Of a stretch of DNA of 64,000 nt, positions 33,201 through 44,768 are shown in pieces. Origin of the DNA: Epithemia pelagica (taxonomy: Eukaryota > Protista > Bacillariophyta); NCBI GenBank assembly GCA_946965045.2, contig OX337238.1, positions 1,178,001 to 1,242,000 of the forward strand. The letters run 5' to 3'. Under the pieces are notes generated by a model. The model saw only the letters and a list, made by a program, of their open reading frames with translations. It was not told where the DNA came from and ran no database searches. Numbering within the stretch: position 1 is the stretch's first letter; each line of letters opens with the position of its first letter. The position numbers were made by a program, and so were the translations under genes.

Positions 33201-34599
33201 CCCTTTTCCATGTAATCTACAACCTAAGAGGATGGAACTGGATGCGGATGGAAAGTTGAAAGAAGAAGACGAAGGATGGGAAACTACTGAGAAGGAGCGG
33301 CATGATATGGATCAATGGTTTAAGACCGCCAGGGCTGGCGATCACTTGCTTACCACCTTCCAATGCAATCTTTGTCACTTTCGCAATATCTTTAAACGCG
33401 ACCCGGTTTTCTCGTCGCGTGAAGATGAATGGGTCATGCTGTGCATCACCAGGGCAAACTTGGATGCTTTTTGGGCCCGTCGTTCCAGCACTGTAAAAGG
33501 AAACTTGATGGAAGTGAACCGACTTATGAAGATCTTGAAAGATCTTCGCATCGAGAAACCGTGTCCGGACATTCCAAGGGGGCCCTTCCCGTTGGCTGAT
33601 ACTTTGGGAATGATACCAGCCATCATCTCGCTTCAGAGATCGATGGATCCAGGACGGAACTCCAAGACGATTCAGTGGGATACGATGAGAGGGATCCGTT
33701 CGGGATACAGTAATTTAGTTCACACTACTCCAAAAGGAACAGACGGAGCAGTAATGTCGGATGGAAGAAACTCGACTCACATCACTACAAGTGCAACCAA
33801 TTCGTTGTGGTTTAAGAAGTTCATGATTGGAAGTCACGAACGAATGGGCGATGTGAAGATTCAAGACGCGGCGGTGTCTATTGATCTGTTGTTGGCACTC
33901 CAAGACCTTCTCGAAAAAGAATGGAAAGTGGCGGAGGAAAACAACAGAGGTTATACTCACACCAAGTTCGAAATTGTGACGCTGGGAGCGGCATTGATGT
34001 TGGGATTCTCTTCGGCCCTTAGAGGAGAGGAATTGGGCCATGTCCGTTTATGCGAAACAAGGTTGTACACGGAGTTTGGTCTCAAGCACCCAACGAGACC
34101 TCACGTGGTACTGGCTCTACAAGGAAGATTCAAAAACACGACCGCTTATCGCAGGCACAAAATTCCATTGGTACCAGTCTCAAAATCAGGGATCAGGAAT
34201 GCTGAGTGGTTGTTGAGATTGTAAGAGTTGTACTCGACAGTGGGAGAAGCAGAGGGGCCTCTGTTTCGTTGGAGACCACGCTTCGAGCAAGCAATCAGTA
34301 TCAGAGAGTTGGATGTTATGCGGCACAAGACGTTGCATGCGTTGCAGATTGTTCAGTCCTCCTTGGTACCGGACGCTAATGAAACAGGATCATCTTTCAG
34401 TTTCCGGAGGTCTCTTCGACGTGGGTCAACCACTCAGGCCCGCAACCAAAAGGTTCCAAAGGATGTCATTACGATCAACAATCGATGGCGTTCGCAAGAC
34501 AGGGCGGGCAACAGGTTTGCTCAGACTGACATGTTAGAAGTTTACACCGACGTTATTGCAGCGTTGAAGACTCTGCTTCAGTACTCTGAGGCGTTGTAA
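32881..34599 (+). pseudogene. Tyrosine recombinase with one in-frame stop (TAA 34222-34224)
   Basis: SALRGEE (R), RFK (K), SLRRGS (RxxR variant), NRWR and YT motifs. ORFs 32881-34224 and 34228-34599 are in the same frame. Confidence 0.85.
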
Positions 34600-36268
34600 G
34601 GAAACAGACGACAAGTTGACAGATTGTCGTCAGCGGTGACACTAGAAAGGAGACAAGGTGGGGGATAAGGATGAACCACTACGACATCTCGGTTTATTCG
34701 TCGTTTATGATTTGGCCGTTGGATACTGGAAGCTCATGAGTGACGAAAGCTTCGAAGGAGAACTCACAGTGGCATGTGAGGGATCTGCAGAATGGTTCAC
34801 AGCGGTGGTTCGCCCCGCGTGCCAACCCGATTCTTATTGGGGGCAAGTAGCAGTCTTGGGTGAAAGGGTCTACGGTCAATGAAAGTATGCTGATTATGTG
34901 ACAGCCATAAAGCATACGTCGATTGCAAGGGGCATGTTCTGACACACTGATATGCCCTGGCTCCTTTGGGTTGGAGTTCCCCTATTCCTTAACTGTACGT
35001 AGAGTACTGTACGTACAAACACAAACCCATGTCTCTCTTTGTGTCTGTGACCGGAGCCAAACAAGTACGAGCTCCATCAATCGATATGTTGGCGCTCAGT
35101 TGCCCGTGCTTTTCAGGCCCCCACTGTTTTCTCTATAGTGATTCTAGCTTCGTAGGAATAGCACTACGGTCATTTTGCACTGCATAACACCACCATGGAC
35201 AATGAAGACCGCTGTGCACCTCCAACGAAAGGTCCTAGCACTCCTCTGAACATCCAGGAAGCTTGATCTTTATGTGTACCGTGAGGGAATGGACGGGATG
35301 GGATGAGTTGGCTAGTTTCATCGACCTACGGCAAGATTTAGAAGACCTTCCATTTTGAGGTTGGAAGGAAGCAACGAGAGGATCAAGATTTGAGTCGGAT
35401 AAAGATGGAATGAACCATGATTGCAAGGAGGGACGACAATGGAAGCTCCAAAATGGATGGATGAGGCGAAGGACAGCAGCAGCAAGGACACATGGCAATC
35501 AACTGGATGATTCCGAAGCACAAACATGACAAGAATCTCGGCAACCGCAACGAAGGAAGTGACCGTGAGAAGACGACGAGACTGGATGGAATGAATACAG
35601 CAATTCACTTATCTTCCATCCGCATGCAACAATCAACTTCTCATCTTTCCTTGGCCCGAACCCACCAAATCAAAGCCTCATCGGATTGGTGGTTCTTATG
35701 CAACAAAAGTTTGGTTCAACGAAACAACAAACACGCAACCATATATGGAAGGACTGCTTCTACCAAGGTGGCACAGACAAAAAACAGCTAAGCAGTGGAC
35801 ACTGATACCGAGGGTTTCCAGTGTGTCGCAGTGACTTGACAGGATGATGAGGATGATGTTGTGTGGCAGTCGGTTTCTGTACTGGAACATTCCAGTCCAG
35901 AGAATTGTTCGATCTTGTCAATGGTTGTCCATAATACTATGGTGATAGTTGTTTGAGATGCTGTCTGTCTCTCGTTTCTCCTCTACTGTCGTCTCGCCGG
36001 TGATTGGTGATCCTCTTCCGAGGTTTCCCGCCAGGAGAAGTGAGAATGTACAACAACACCGAGAGTTATAGGTCCAATCAGTGACGACGACTGTGTTTCA
36101 CAGGCAGATATTATTATGATGCGACAGGCGGTTTCCGTACTGGAACATTGCATCACCATTGTATCGCCATCATCCGAGAATCATAGAGAGAGAGAGAGTA
36201 TGATTGCAAGAGTCGCAACGCTCTTGATTCCAGGTTGTTCTTTGGGACACACCCTACTAGAGTTCTAG

Positions 36269-38971
36269 TGTCTATTCTACCCCGATTTGTCCTCATATGA
36301 GGACAATCCTACGAATAACATGCATACGTAGCCCCCAGTATCTTTTGTACGAACCAAGGAACAAAAAATGTACCCCGACCATGGGAATCTGCCGTTTGAC
36401 CATAAAAATGAACAACTAAAAATGAAAAGTATTAGACCACAATCAACCATCATGTTCTATGTTAATGTGGCAAGACGCTACGTGTGTTGGAAAGCACATC
36501 CGGCCAGTTTCTGTATGGCAAATCCAACAATTTCTGTCGGAGGGAGTTTCACTGTCTTCACACTGTGAACAGATGTACTTGTTTTCTTTTGACATACTCT
36601 ACATCTTCCTTGTGCACATTGGTTTGTTGCAACTCCATCAACCTTCCTACTTCTCTTGGTTGGGCTCAGATGGATGTCAATGCCTGCCCTTGCTTGTCCA
36701 CTGCGTGGATTGATGAGATCTGATGGGCTTTCGGCATTATCTCTTCCGTCACTCACTCGTCCTCTTTGTCTTGCAGAACAAGGGACTCCACTTCTGTTGA
36801 ATGTGTTGTCTATTAATTCCTCTGCAAGCAGTGCATAATAGTCTTGTTGCTTTTCCTTTGTCATGGTTGCCCCAGAATACAAAAGCCAAGAGTCCACCAC
36901 ACACATTGCGAACACTCCAAGCCCCACACGTACCCACCATCGCTTCGTTTCCACTTTGATTTCCATTTTGAGAGTGTCTTGCCAGCACCTGTTATGCTGA
37001 TCTATTAGTCCACATGTCTTGTAATAGATGTCACATGCTTGGGGCTGTGCCACTGTCAATTCCACACGCTCTGGCTCTGCATCTTCCTCATCTGAAATTT
37101 GGCGCCACCTTGTTCGTGTGTACGGCTCTCCTTCCGCAAGAGAAGATGTATTTGCAACAAAATAGCGCCGTTCCCTATCCATCCACACAAAAGCCATCAT
37201 GGTGGCTTGTTCATCTGCATCTTTCCTTATGAGACCAGTGCGATCCCCACGAGAAAGTAGTTCAACGTTTGAAAGGTACGCCATTGGATACTTGCGAGTT
37301 GCAGTCTTCACAACTCCGATAAATCAGATTCCCATCTTTGCCATCTCCTCTGCCGTATACACAGAAGCAAAGTAGGAGTCGGCACAGACAACACGCTGTG
37401 AATGAGCCCATGGTTCCACTAATTCTCTGAGGACAGCTGTCCCATGATTCATAAGGAGTGTTGTGTCATCGTCCTCCTCATGATTCAATTCATCTTCTTC
37501 GGCAGTCTTGACAAGCTTGAGACAACAAATGTATCCCAGATCCACCGCAAGCAGAGTTTTGGATCTCGCATCCATTCTCAGGCTTTCTGTCAATTGCCAC
37601 GTACTGTGGTAGACCAATGTTTATCCAGTGGACACCCAAACCATACCAACAGATCATTGATTCATCAACACAGATGCGTTCGCAAGGTTGGAAGTGCAAA
37701 GCACGATGCTGATTGAAGTTTTGAATGAAGTCATCCACAAGCTTCCACCTGTATGTCTCTGATCTCATTGAGGTAGGGCGTGATTCTGGTTGCTCAGAGA
37801 AGCGGAGACATCTAAAGATGTCATCAAAACGCTTTCTTGACATACCAGTCTTACCGAAGGCAGGTGCCACTCCGTACCGACTTGTTGCTGTACTTGACCA
37901 TAAGTTTGCCCTTGAGGTGAATTCATGGCGGGTTATCAATATAGTAACGCCAAAGAACTTGAGTAATTCTCCTTTAGTCATTGAAGGTCTCTCAATTTTT
38001 GCAAGCTGTCCATTTGTGAGCCTGTGCATTAAGTCAAACTGCCGCAGAGGGAATGTCATCAGGAAGTAGTCCCATCTGGAAAGCAAGCCCTGTCTATCAC
38101 TTCCTGGAGTAATTCTCTCTCCAATAGGTGTCCCAAAGTCCAATCCCTTGGAGGAACACGTCCCATCGAATTGCAATTCAATGGAGATGACGAAGTGCCC
38201 TTATGCCATTTCACATCATGGACTTGACACTCACAATCTGGTGGATTGTTTGACTCTCCCACTGCACTCTCCTGGTTCCCTGTTGCTGTCTGTGTCCCCT
38301 GGATGGCCTGCTGTGGTGCAGGAGGCTCAGATGCCGCAGCTTGGCCTGTATTGGTGTTGGTTGCCGTTGTGGCCGCGGAATTTCCCTCTGTAGTTGTCGA
38401 AGCTTGTGGGGGTTGATTTCTCTCATGCTGATGCCTGAAACGGGCATAGGCCAGCAGCTCTTCATCACTGGGAGTAATGACACTCCTCAGGTTGAGTGTC
38501 TTCTGCTTGATCACCTCCAAACTTCCCATATAGAAGTTCACAGTCACCATTGTTGTGGACCTTCCATTGGGGCCCCGTTGGATGGAAGCTTCAACCACCT
38601 TCCCAAACACCCTTTTCGTCTTTGCATTGCTTCCATACCTTCTGGAACACTCTGCAAGAGATGTCACATGCATGGCCTTGGCCAAAACAATGGAATTGGG
38701 TGTACGGCGTGGATCTGGAGGCGCCATTGTGACATGGAAATTTTTTTTCTAATGCGCACACAACGCGGGTAGTCTTTTCTTTTCACACTGTATCTTCACT
38801 ACTCATCATTATTAAAGCATGAGAATATTATGAGATATGTTTTAAAGTATGGAGATTATGAATCTGTAATAAAACCACTCTTAGGAGTACATGAATGATT
38901 TGACATGCTACATTGACAAGTGGCCTCATATAAGGATTTGTCCTCATATGAGGACAGGGGTAGAATAGACA
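36269..38971 (-). mobile_element. piggyBac-like DNA transposon, 2703 bp, CTAG TSD, TGTC...GACA termini
   Basis: Inverted ends TGTCTATTCTACCCC(gatt)TGTCCTCATATGAGGACA at 36269 onward and its complement ending at 38971. CTAG at 36265-36268 and 38972-38975. Confidence 0.92.
36443..38727 (-). pseudogene. piggyBac transposase (DDD plus C-terminal Cys-rich domain), at least 3 frameshifts and 1 stop
   Basis: CVDESM, VCADSYF and IDQHN triad. Shifts near 38135, 37525 and 36575; TGA 37324-37326 (GI*FIGVVKTA). Repaired C-terminus CRVC...CSQC...ICH...CFPTH ends at TGA 36443-36445. Confidence 0.88.
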
Positions 38972-39814
38972 CTAGTTGGGCTTAAGAAAAGAACGGCAAT
39001 GAAAGGGAAGAGGGGCAAAACGACCCTACCAATACATGAGATGGGCATATATATTTCTTTTCGGGGGACAGTCTGGTCTCGGGGGAAGCAGACGCCATCT
39101 CTGCGGATGGTTACATTTTGGTTCCTTGCTCCCACGAATGACAAACACACAGACACCAAAGCCGAGATCCCCTCTGTTTTTCTTGATTCTCTCTTGTTCT
39201 CACTGTCAAGAGGAGGATTCTCTCGACGTGTGTTCACCGGAAGATAAACAAACAAGCAAGCAAGCGAGCCAGCAAGTCTATCCGCATTCCACCAGAAACC
39301 ACTAATCGCAACAGAAAACAACTCAGTGAAACGACCGCGAACGGGGAAAAATATAATAATTCAATTATTGATCTATTTTCTATTATTACTTATTCTTTGT
39401 CGGCTCTCTACTCTCTACGTGCTACGAGTTGCGAGTAGCTCTGATGGAGAGTTGAAATAATTCGAACCATGGACGTGGATTTGGATTGGTCTTTCACTTA
39501 AATTATTTGTTTGGATTTCTGGCAGAGAACGTAGAGAGATTGTATTGCCCTGAAATGCCAGTGACTCTTGTCAATCACTGATCACTGCCTACTCGTACAC
39601 GTTATGTTTTTCTTATCAGGCACTTGTAGTTTGTAATTTCTCTGCGGAAATCTGTACCCCCTACACTATCATAAAACGTTTTTCTACAGCGAAAGTCCCA
39701 ACAGGTTCCAGCAATTCGATATTTAATGGAAGCTGGTGGAATTTTTTAGTCGCGGCATTCGCTCCAACAAACAACCCAGACACAAAATTGACAACTGATT
39801 TTGATGCTGTCACC

Positions 39815-42800
39815 ATGGCGAGTCGAGTTCTCTTTGAAGACAGCGTCTACGAGCCCGGTTTGGAGCAAGCAGCGAATGAGAAAGCCATAAAGAGTAGAAA
39901 GGGACAAGGAGAGGGCGGAGTGAAAAAGATCGCTGCAGCAGAGACCCGGTATCTTACGATATCCAAAGGAATTGTTATTGGCAGTATTCTTCTCGCCGCC
40001 GGGCTTGTATCGACTGGGACTTATATATTCCTCGAACGAGAGGAGGACGATGATTATATCAACAGTGTAAGTTTCTTTTCGGAGTATGAGAACCTGAGCA
40101 CTTTTTTGCAATATCAAACCGTCTCTGACAAGAATGTCGTTTGTCTTTACGGGCTTCCGCACGCAGTACCATCACTTTACCGACACTGCCAGAGATACCA
40201 TTGAGCTTCATATGCAAAATGTTTTCTTGGCAGCGAGATCTATGTCCAGTACATTGACGGCGCAAGCAAAGGGCTTGAATATGGAGTTTCCCTTTGTCAC
40301 ATTTCCGTCGTTTGAGGCACTGGGGAACGCCGCTCGCGCCCAGGGGGGATTTGCAGCGGTATTTTTCGAACCAGTCGTCAACGACACAAATCTCCAGCTA
40401 TGGAACCAGTATTCGCAAGAACATCAAGGATGGATTCAAGGTAGCCGGGAGGCTGCTGTATCATTCAGTGAGGGTGATCTCAGCGTCACTGACTATATCG
40501 ACGAACCCATTCGAGAGCTGTACTTTGGAATTCCTGATCGAGGCATCCCAGTTGAGAACGCACCTTCATATGGCCCAGGACCCTATCTACCTGTGTGGAT
40601 GCAATCTCCGCCACCTTTTAGTCCAGTGATCATCAATTTTGATGCTTACGTACCCAACCGGATCACCATGAACGCTGCATTTGAGTCTCGTGAAGCCGTC
40701 ATGAGCGAAGTCCAAGATACCAGCTCACTGGCAGGGAATGCACTCAAGCCAGGCGATCACAGTGAATACCACAAGTTTGTTGTTAGCAACGATCCAAACA
40801 TGAGCGCCTTTGATCGACCCCACACGGTCCTCCATGTCCCTGTTTTCCAAAAGTTGAATGACAAAACCAGCCCTATCGTTGGATTCATTGGCATGATCAT
40901 ATCGTGGGATCGATACACGCAATATCTTTTACCGGAGGGAATCACTGGATTAGTGTGTGTCCTCAAGAACTCTTGTGGTCAAGGTGAGTCTCACAATGAA
41001 AGGTTCACTGACGTGTCGAACTTCTCTCTAGCTCATTATTCGTTTGTTTTCAGCCTACACGTATATCCTCGATGGGAACACAGCTAACTTTGTGGGTAGT
41101 GGAGATCTCCATGACAGCAAATATGATGAAACTGAGGTCGTTCTCCCATTCCATCGTTTCTTGGACAATGAAACTCAATCCACTACAGGACACTGTCTGT
41201 ATTCTTACCACCTCTATTCGAGCTCGGACTTTGAAGATCGCCACCGATCCAACATTGCCATTGCTCTCACGATTACAGTCGCATGTACCTTCTTCTTCAT
41301 GATTGGAGCCTTTTTCTTTTACGATTACTTTGTAAAGCGCCGTAACTCGAAGGTTCTGGACATTGCCAACAAGACGAGTGCCATCGTATCCTCGCTCTTT
41401 CCATCGAACGTCCGCGAACGGTTGCTTCATGGGGAAAAGAGCGAAAGCCGGAAAGAAATCGACGGAGCTCCGGCTGGCACTAGATCCAAGTTGAAGAACT
41501 TTCTCATGTCAGAAGCAGAAATGGAAAGTATGCACTCAGAATCGAACGACCTTGACCCATATGGATCAAAGCCGATCGCGGACATTTTCCCAGAAACCAC
41601 GGTCGTGTTCGCGGACATCGTGGGATTCACGGCTTGGAGTTCTACACGAGAGCCGACACAAGTTTTCACGTTGCTTGAGACTATTTACAAGGCCTTTGAT
41701 GATATTGCCACACGCCGTCGTGTCTTCAAAGTTGAGACAGTTGGAGACTGTTACGTTGCCGTATGCGGTCTTCCCGACCCCAGAGGCGACCATGCAGTGG
41801 CAATGTGCCGATTCGCTCGTGCGTGTATGAGAAAGTTTCTTGATCTCGTACATAAACTGGAGCTATCATTGGGACCGGATACAGCAGAGCTTTCGTAAGT
41901 GCAGAAGGGATGGGGGATATGGCGCTATATTTTGTGCTCAATTTCGTATCCTTGTTTGCAGGATGAGAATGGGACTTCATAGTGGACCCGTTACGGCAGG
42001 AGTATTGCGTGGTGAGCGTGCACGTTTTCAATTGTTTGGAGACACCATGAATACGGCTTCGAGGATGGAGAGCATGGGTGAAAAGGGGATGATCCAGGTG
42101 TCACAGGAAACCAACGATTTGCTTGTTAAAGCAGGAAAAGGAAACTGGGCTCGACCACGGGAAGACAAAATCGTGGCAAAAGGTAAAGGACTTTTGCAGA
42201 CATACTGGCTTGCCACTGAGTATGAGCAAGTGGTTTCAACCTCGCTTTCTACCGGAACCGGAACTGCAGTGAAAGCACATACCCCTTCCAAACCGGTCCA
42301 GATGAACAAGAGTGAGCGCTTGGTCGGGTGGAATTGCGATTTGATGATGAAATCCCTTTTGGAAATTGAATGTGCAAGAAGAGTAGAGACAAACTCATCC
42401 ATGCACATGCAGACTCATCCGAGTCTGTCGTCATTGGATGCGGCGTCTCGTCATGGACAGGGAACCGTTCTCGAGGAAGTCAAGGAGATTATTCGATTGC
42501 CCAATTTTACAGCCAAGCAACAGGCAAAACCGACGAATGTTGAGCTGGCGCCCAAGGTAGCCCAACAGCTTCAGAGCTACATTGAAGCTGTCGCCATGCT
42601 CTACCGTGAAAATCCCTTTCACTGCTTCGAGCACGCGTCCCATGTGACATTGTCTGCGTCAAAACTCATGTCCCGAATCATTGCACCCGAGCTCTCCAGT
42701 GAAGATGTCGCCAAAGGGAACTTTGAGTCGACGCTTCACGATCACACGTATGGAATAACTTCGGATCCGTTGGTTCAATTTGCTTGCGTCTTTTCGGCTC

Positions 42801-43645
42801 TGATTCATGACGTGGACCATACTGGTGTTCCCAACACCCAACTCGCCAAGGAAAACCCTAAAATGGCCGAATTGTACCGCGGTCGAAGTATCGCCGAACA
42901 AAACTCTGTGGATTTGGCCTGGAGCTTACTCATGGAGCCGGATTATCGCGATCTCCGCAATGCCATTTATCGAAATCCATCCGAAGAGGCAAGGTTTCGT
43001 CAGCTTGTGGTGAACTCAGTTATGGCGACGGATATTATGGATAAGGACTTGAAGCAGCTTCGCAACCATAGATGGGAACGTGCCTTTTCGGAGTCTAGTC
43101 ATGATGTCGAAGAATCTCCCAAGGATGCTGTGGATCGCAAAGCGACGATTGTGATTGAGCATTTAATTCAAGCGTCCGATGTAGCCCATACAATGCAGCA
43201 TTGGCACGTGTACCGCAAGTGGAACCAAAAGCTCTATACCGAAATGTATTCTGCTTTCATATCGGGGAGGGCGGACAAGGACCCCGCTGACTTTTGGTAC
43301 CAAGGAGAACTGGGATTCTTTGATTTTTACATTATTCCCCTTGCACGGAAACTCAAGGACTGTGGTGTGTTTGGTGTATCCAGTGATGAATACTACAACT
43401 ACGCGACTAAAAACAGGGCGGAATGGGAACAACGGGGACGTGATGTGGTAGCTGAAATGGTTGAGGAAATGAAGACAACAGTCTTTGAAACAACCATGAC
43501 TACGATGGATTCGTCCGAGTCTCAATCTGATTCGCAACCACAAGATTCAGAGATACAGCCCGTTTCATTGTTGGCAAAGAAGGGTGCTTCAGCGGAGGAA
43601 ACGCAGCTGCCTATGCGCATGTCACCGGAACAAGCTCTGTTGTAG
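39815..43645 (+). CDS. Membrane class III adenylyl/guanylyl cyclase fused to a cyclic-nucleotide phosphodiesterase, 4 exons
   Basis: Introns 40067-40166, 40984-41053 and 41895-41961. Two TM helices flank an extracellular domain. Cyclase FADIVGFT, KVETVGDCY, GLHSGPV, RFQLFGDTMNTASRMES; PDE NPFHCFEHA, IHDVDH, MATD, QASDVAH. Confidence 0.92.
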
Positions 43646-43946
43646 TCTATGAGTAAAACTAGGAGTAACTAAAAGGGGTTATTGTTATTTCATGACAAAA
43701 TTCAAGTTGATACTACTTGAAACGCCAGTTTGACAGTTTCAATAGGTAGGCAAAGAATGGACGTGGAACGCCTTTAAGGACCTAATGGGTGTGAACACAG
43801 TGCTCTCGTTTCTTGGGTCGCAAGTTGATGCTGCTTGCTACTTTGCCATATCACTTTTCCAGGGGGTCCGATGCGGTCTAGCATGTCGATTGATTGTAGT
43901 ATGACCGAGTCTGGAGCATCCATCTAGAGGGTCATTCTCGCCCTGA

Positions 43947-44489
43947 TCAAGTCCTTTCGGACGAGGATACGTGGAGTTTTGGCTTTAAGGTGCAACCCGA
44001 CAATGGTATTTCCCATTCTTCTAAGTCCGGATTGTCTGTCCTGTTCGCCACAATGGGATTTGCCCAAAATTCATCCACATCATCGACCATATCTTCCAGG
44101 GTGCATCCTGCCGTGGCATCAAATATTTCATTGAGAATGTCCTGATAGAGTTCTCTCAGCGACGGTTTACTGGTGTTGTTTCCGGCCCAGTCCAGAATTT
44201 CTTGTGGCCATTCCATTTGTTCAATTCCCACAGGCATCAAGACGAAGCGTTGTCCGCTATCGTCAAGAGGACCGACGGCCCGTACTCCTTCTAATTCTCC
44301 AGCGCCAGTGAAAAGCTCCTCCACCGCAATCAAGTCTCCAGTGGCGATGGAAAAGATATCATCCTCTGGAACTCCACTTGGTGGGCTATCATTTTTGAGA
44401 AACCATTTCATTTGAAAGCGTTCATAATTACCTTCCTCTTGGACAGGACTTTCATGGAGATCAAAGTAATGCAACTTTACCATTGTCAT
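43947..44489 (-). CDS. Hypothetical acidic protein (180 aa)
   Basis: ATG-started single ORF with globular, Asp/Glu-rich composition; no family recognised. Confidence 0.6.
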   Translation of the reverse strand: MTMVKLHYFDLHESPVQEEGNYERFQMKWFLKNDSPPSGVPEDDIFSIATGDLIAVEELFTGAGELEGVRAVGPLDDSGQRFVLMPVGIEQMEWPQEILDWAGNNTSKPSLRELYQDILNEIFDATAGCTLEDMVDDVDEFWANPIVANRTDNPDLEEWEIPLSGCTLKPKLHVSSSERT

Positions 44490-44768
44490 TTTGTTCGCCC
44501 CGGCATGTTTTCTACGTTTAAAATTTTGAATTTTAAAATCTCACCGGAAAATCTTTTTTTCCATTTTCCATGAAGCGTGACACCTGTCTTCCAAAAAAGA
44601 GTGACCCCTTCGATGTTAACCATTGAAGGAAAGAGGAACATATTCTTGCGAACAGGGAAAGCTCCAGCGACGGCATTGGTCTCTGGTGAAGACCATTTGC
44701 GAAACGAGAGCAACATCTCTACTTCCACGAATCCCTTCTCATTGTCGAGGAGTCACACAAACACGACC

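Larger units (their letters stand above)
26407..34599 (+). mobile_element. Tyrosine-recombinase retrotransposon (DIRS/Ngaro-type): gag-like ORF1, RT-RNase H-MT ORF, YR ORF; termini not resolved
   Basis: Three consecutive same-strand coding blocks with RT/RH followed by a tyrosine recombinase. No DDE integrase or protease. Coordinates cover the coding span only. Confidence 0.85.

Noticed and set aside
25600-35165. 10-bp matches (agagaaaaca inverted; gtaggaatag direct) as YR-element termini
   Set aside because: Too short and unextended to exceed chance.
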